Virus record (IMG/VR): IMGVR_UViG_3300027985_001729
Location: 11,304 to 75,303 of that record
Strand: one strand, 5' to 3'
Source of the DNA: a virus
Length of the DNA stretch: 64,000 bases
In this document: positions 63,166 through 64,000 of the stretch, piece by piece
Position numbering within the stretch: the first letter of the stretch is position 1
Layout of the letters: every line of letters begins with the position of its first letter
Program-made: the position numbers and the translations under genes
Notes under the pieces: generated by a model
Told to the model about the DNA's origin: nothing
What the model saw: only the letters and a program-made list of their open reading frames with translations
Databases searched by the model: none

Positions 63166-63761
63166 CCTGCCACCGTGTCGATCTTCCAGGTGGCGGCATG
63201 GCCTTCGTGTGCACGAGGGGAAGGACAAGAAGATGTCGTTGTGGTCGACCAGCTACGGCATTGTGCGACTATCCGCTGGCAGGGAGAAAGAAGGGGACAA
63301 CATGCAACACGGCGCTCTGCGCCTCATGCTCTGCTCGCTGGGACACGTCTCTGCCAGTACAGCCGTCGCCAGACTATCGCGCAAAGCACGGAGAGCTCGA
63401 CCTGTGCTTGGCTCACCACAGGATCGTGCTCGCCGGAAACGGTCCAGGGTTCTTTCTGCTGATCGGTGAGCTGAGCATCACCAGTCCAGGATCACGACTC
63501 GCATCGAAATTGATGGCCTTGACCATCACCGACAGGGCCATCGAGCTCATTGCCTCGGCCGAAGCCGGCGAGGCTCGCGTCGCACGCGGAGATCTGCCGT
63601 CGGCGACCGTGCGTAGGTTGCGCGTCATGTCGACGGCCATGCGCGAACTTGCCGCGAGCTACACCACGATCGGAGCCGAGGTGTGGAGCGCGGAGCATAG
63701 GTGCATCGAGATCTTGACCAACGGAAAGACAAAGGCAACAGCCCCATGGCCGAAACATTGA
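63162..63761 (+). CDS. Zn-finger protein
   Basis: CRCG..ATALCDYP.....TCNTALCASC...DLCLAHH. Confidence 0.65.
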   Translation: MTCHRVDLPGGGMAFVCTRGRTRRCRCGRPATALCDYPLAGRKKGTTCNTALCASCSARWDTSLPVQPSPDYRAKHGELDLCLAHHRIVLAGNGPGFFLLIGELSITSPGSRLASKLMALTITDRAIELIASAEAGEARVARGDLPSATVRRLRVMSTAMRELAASYTTIGAEVWSAEHRCIEILTNGKTKATAPWPKH

Positions 63762-64000
63762 TTGGTAACAGCCCCACGACACCAGCCCCTCCACCGAAGA
63801 GCGTGACGGAAGGTCGAGTCGCCGAAGTAATCGACCGCGTGTGCCTCCTCATGGATGGGTCGTGTCCTAATTCGGTCCCGGTTGTCCTAGTTCGCCGTTA
63901 ACGCTTTGGCGCTGTCGTATGGTTCCCCTGCTCGCAAGAGCATAGACGCCGCCCGGTGTGGATACCGCCACGCCCGGGCGACTGCTCCGAAACCCTCACG

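Larger units (their letters stand above)
1..64000. mobile_element. Phage/prophage segment with Mu-like head and contractile tail and a DnaB-type replication module; both ends lie outside the window
   Basis: Terminase, portal, protease, capsid, sheath, tube, tape measure and baseplate genes in the expected order; replication genes; no block of host housekeeping genes. Confidence 0.95.

Noticed and set aside
1-64000. tRNA genes, att sites, integrase
   Set aside because: None recognised by eye; a tRNAscan run and flanking sequence are needed

Overview
The whole window looks like part of a GC-rich temperate-type phage or prophage with a Mu-like head and contractile tail. The host is probably a myxobacterium (Polyangiaceae-like), inferred from the DnaB sequence and a Cys-rich lipoprotein. 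Layout: (1) + strand replication block at 1-6451 (XRE HTH, two iteron-containing initiator-like genes, DnaB with a LAGLIDADG intein, RuvC-like resolvase); (2) accessory/moron block at 6.5-12 kb (promoter-bearing two-gene moron, candidate sRNAs, holin-like gene, tandem 7TM paralogues); (3) a long - strand morphogenesis operon from 44.4 kb to 11.9 kb (Dps-like, portal, RyR-domain protein, giant multidomain protease/scaffold, decoration protein, capsid, neck, sheath, tube, two chaperone paralogues, tape measure, Mu gp43/44/45/46/47/48-like baseplate, fibres), interrupted by an opposite-strand Cys-rich lipoprotein; (4) - strand middle genes at 44.5-60 kb including a Zn-finger late regulator candidate and terminase genes about 10 kb away from the portal; (5) + strand early genes at 60-64 kb (HTHs, NUDIX, papain/transglutaminase-like, Zn finger). 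No integrase, transposase, endolysin, tRNA or CRISPR array was recognised. The best novelty candidate is the ~1260-aa head polyprotein. Its N-terminus copies the capsid protein N-arm peptide (D[LV]GVADVHVE), and it strings pyrophosphatase-like and other cargo domains ahead of the Mu-type protease, with a recurring junction motif. This suggests a self-processing capsid cargo-loading system. All family calls come from motif recognition, not database searches.
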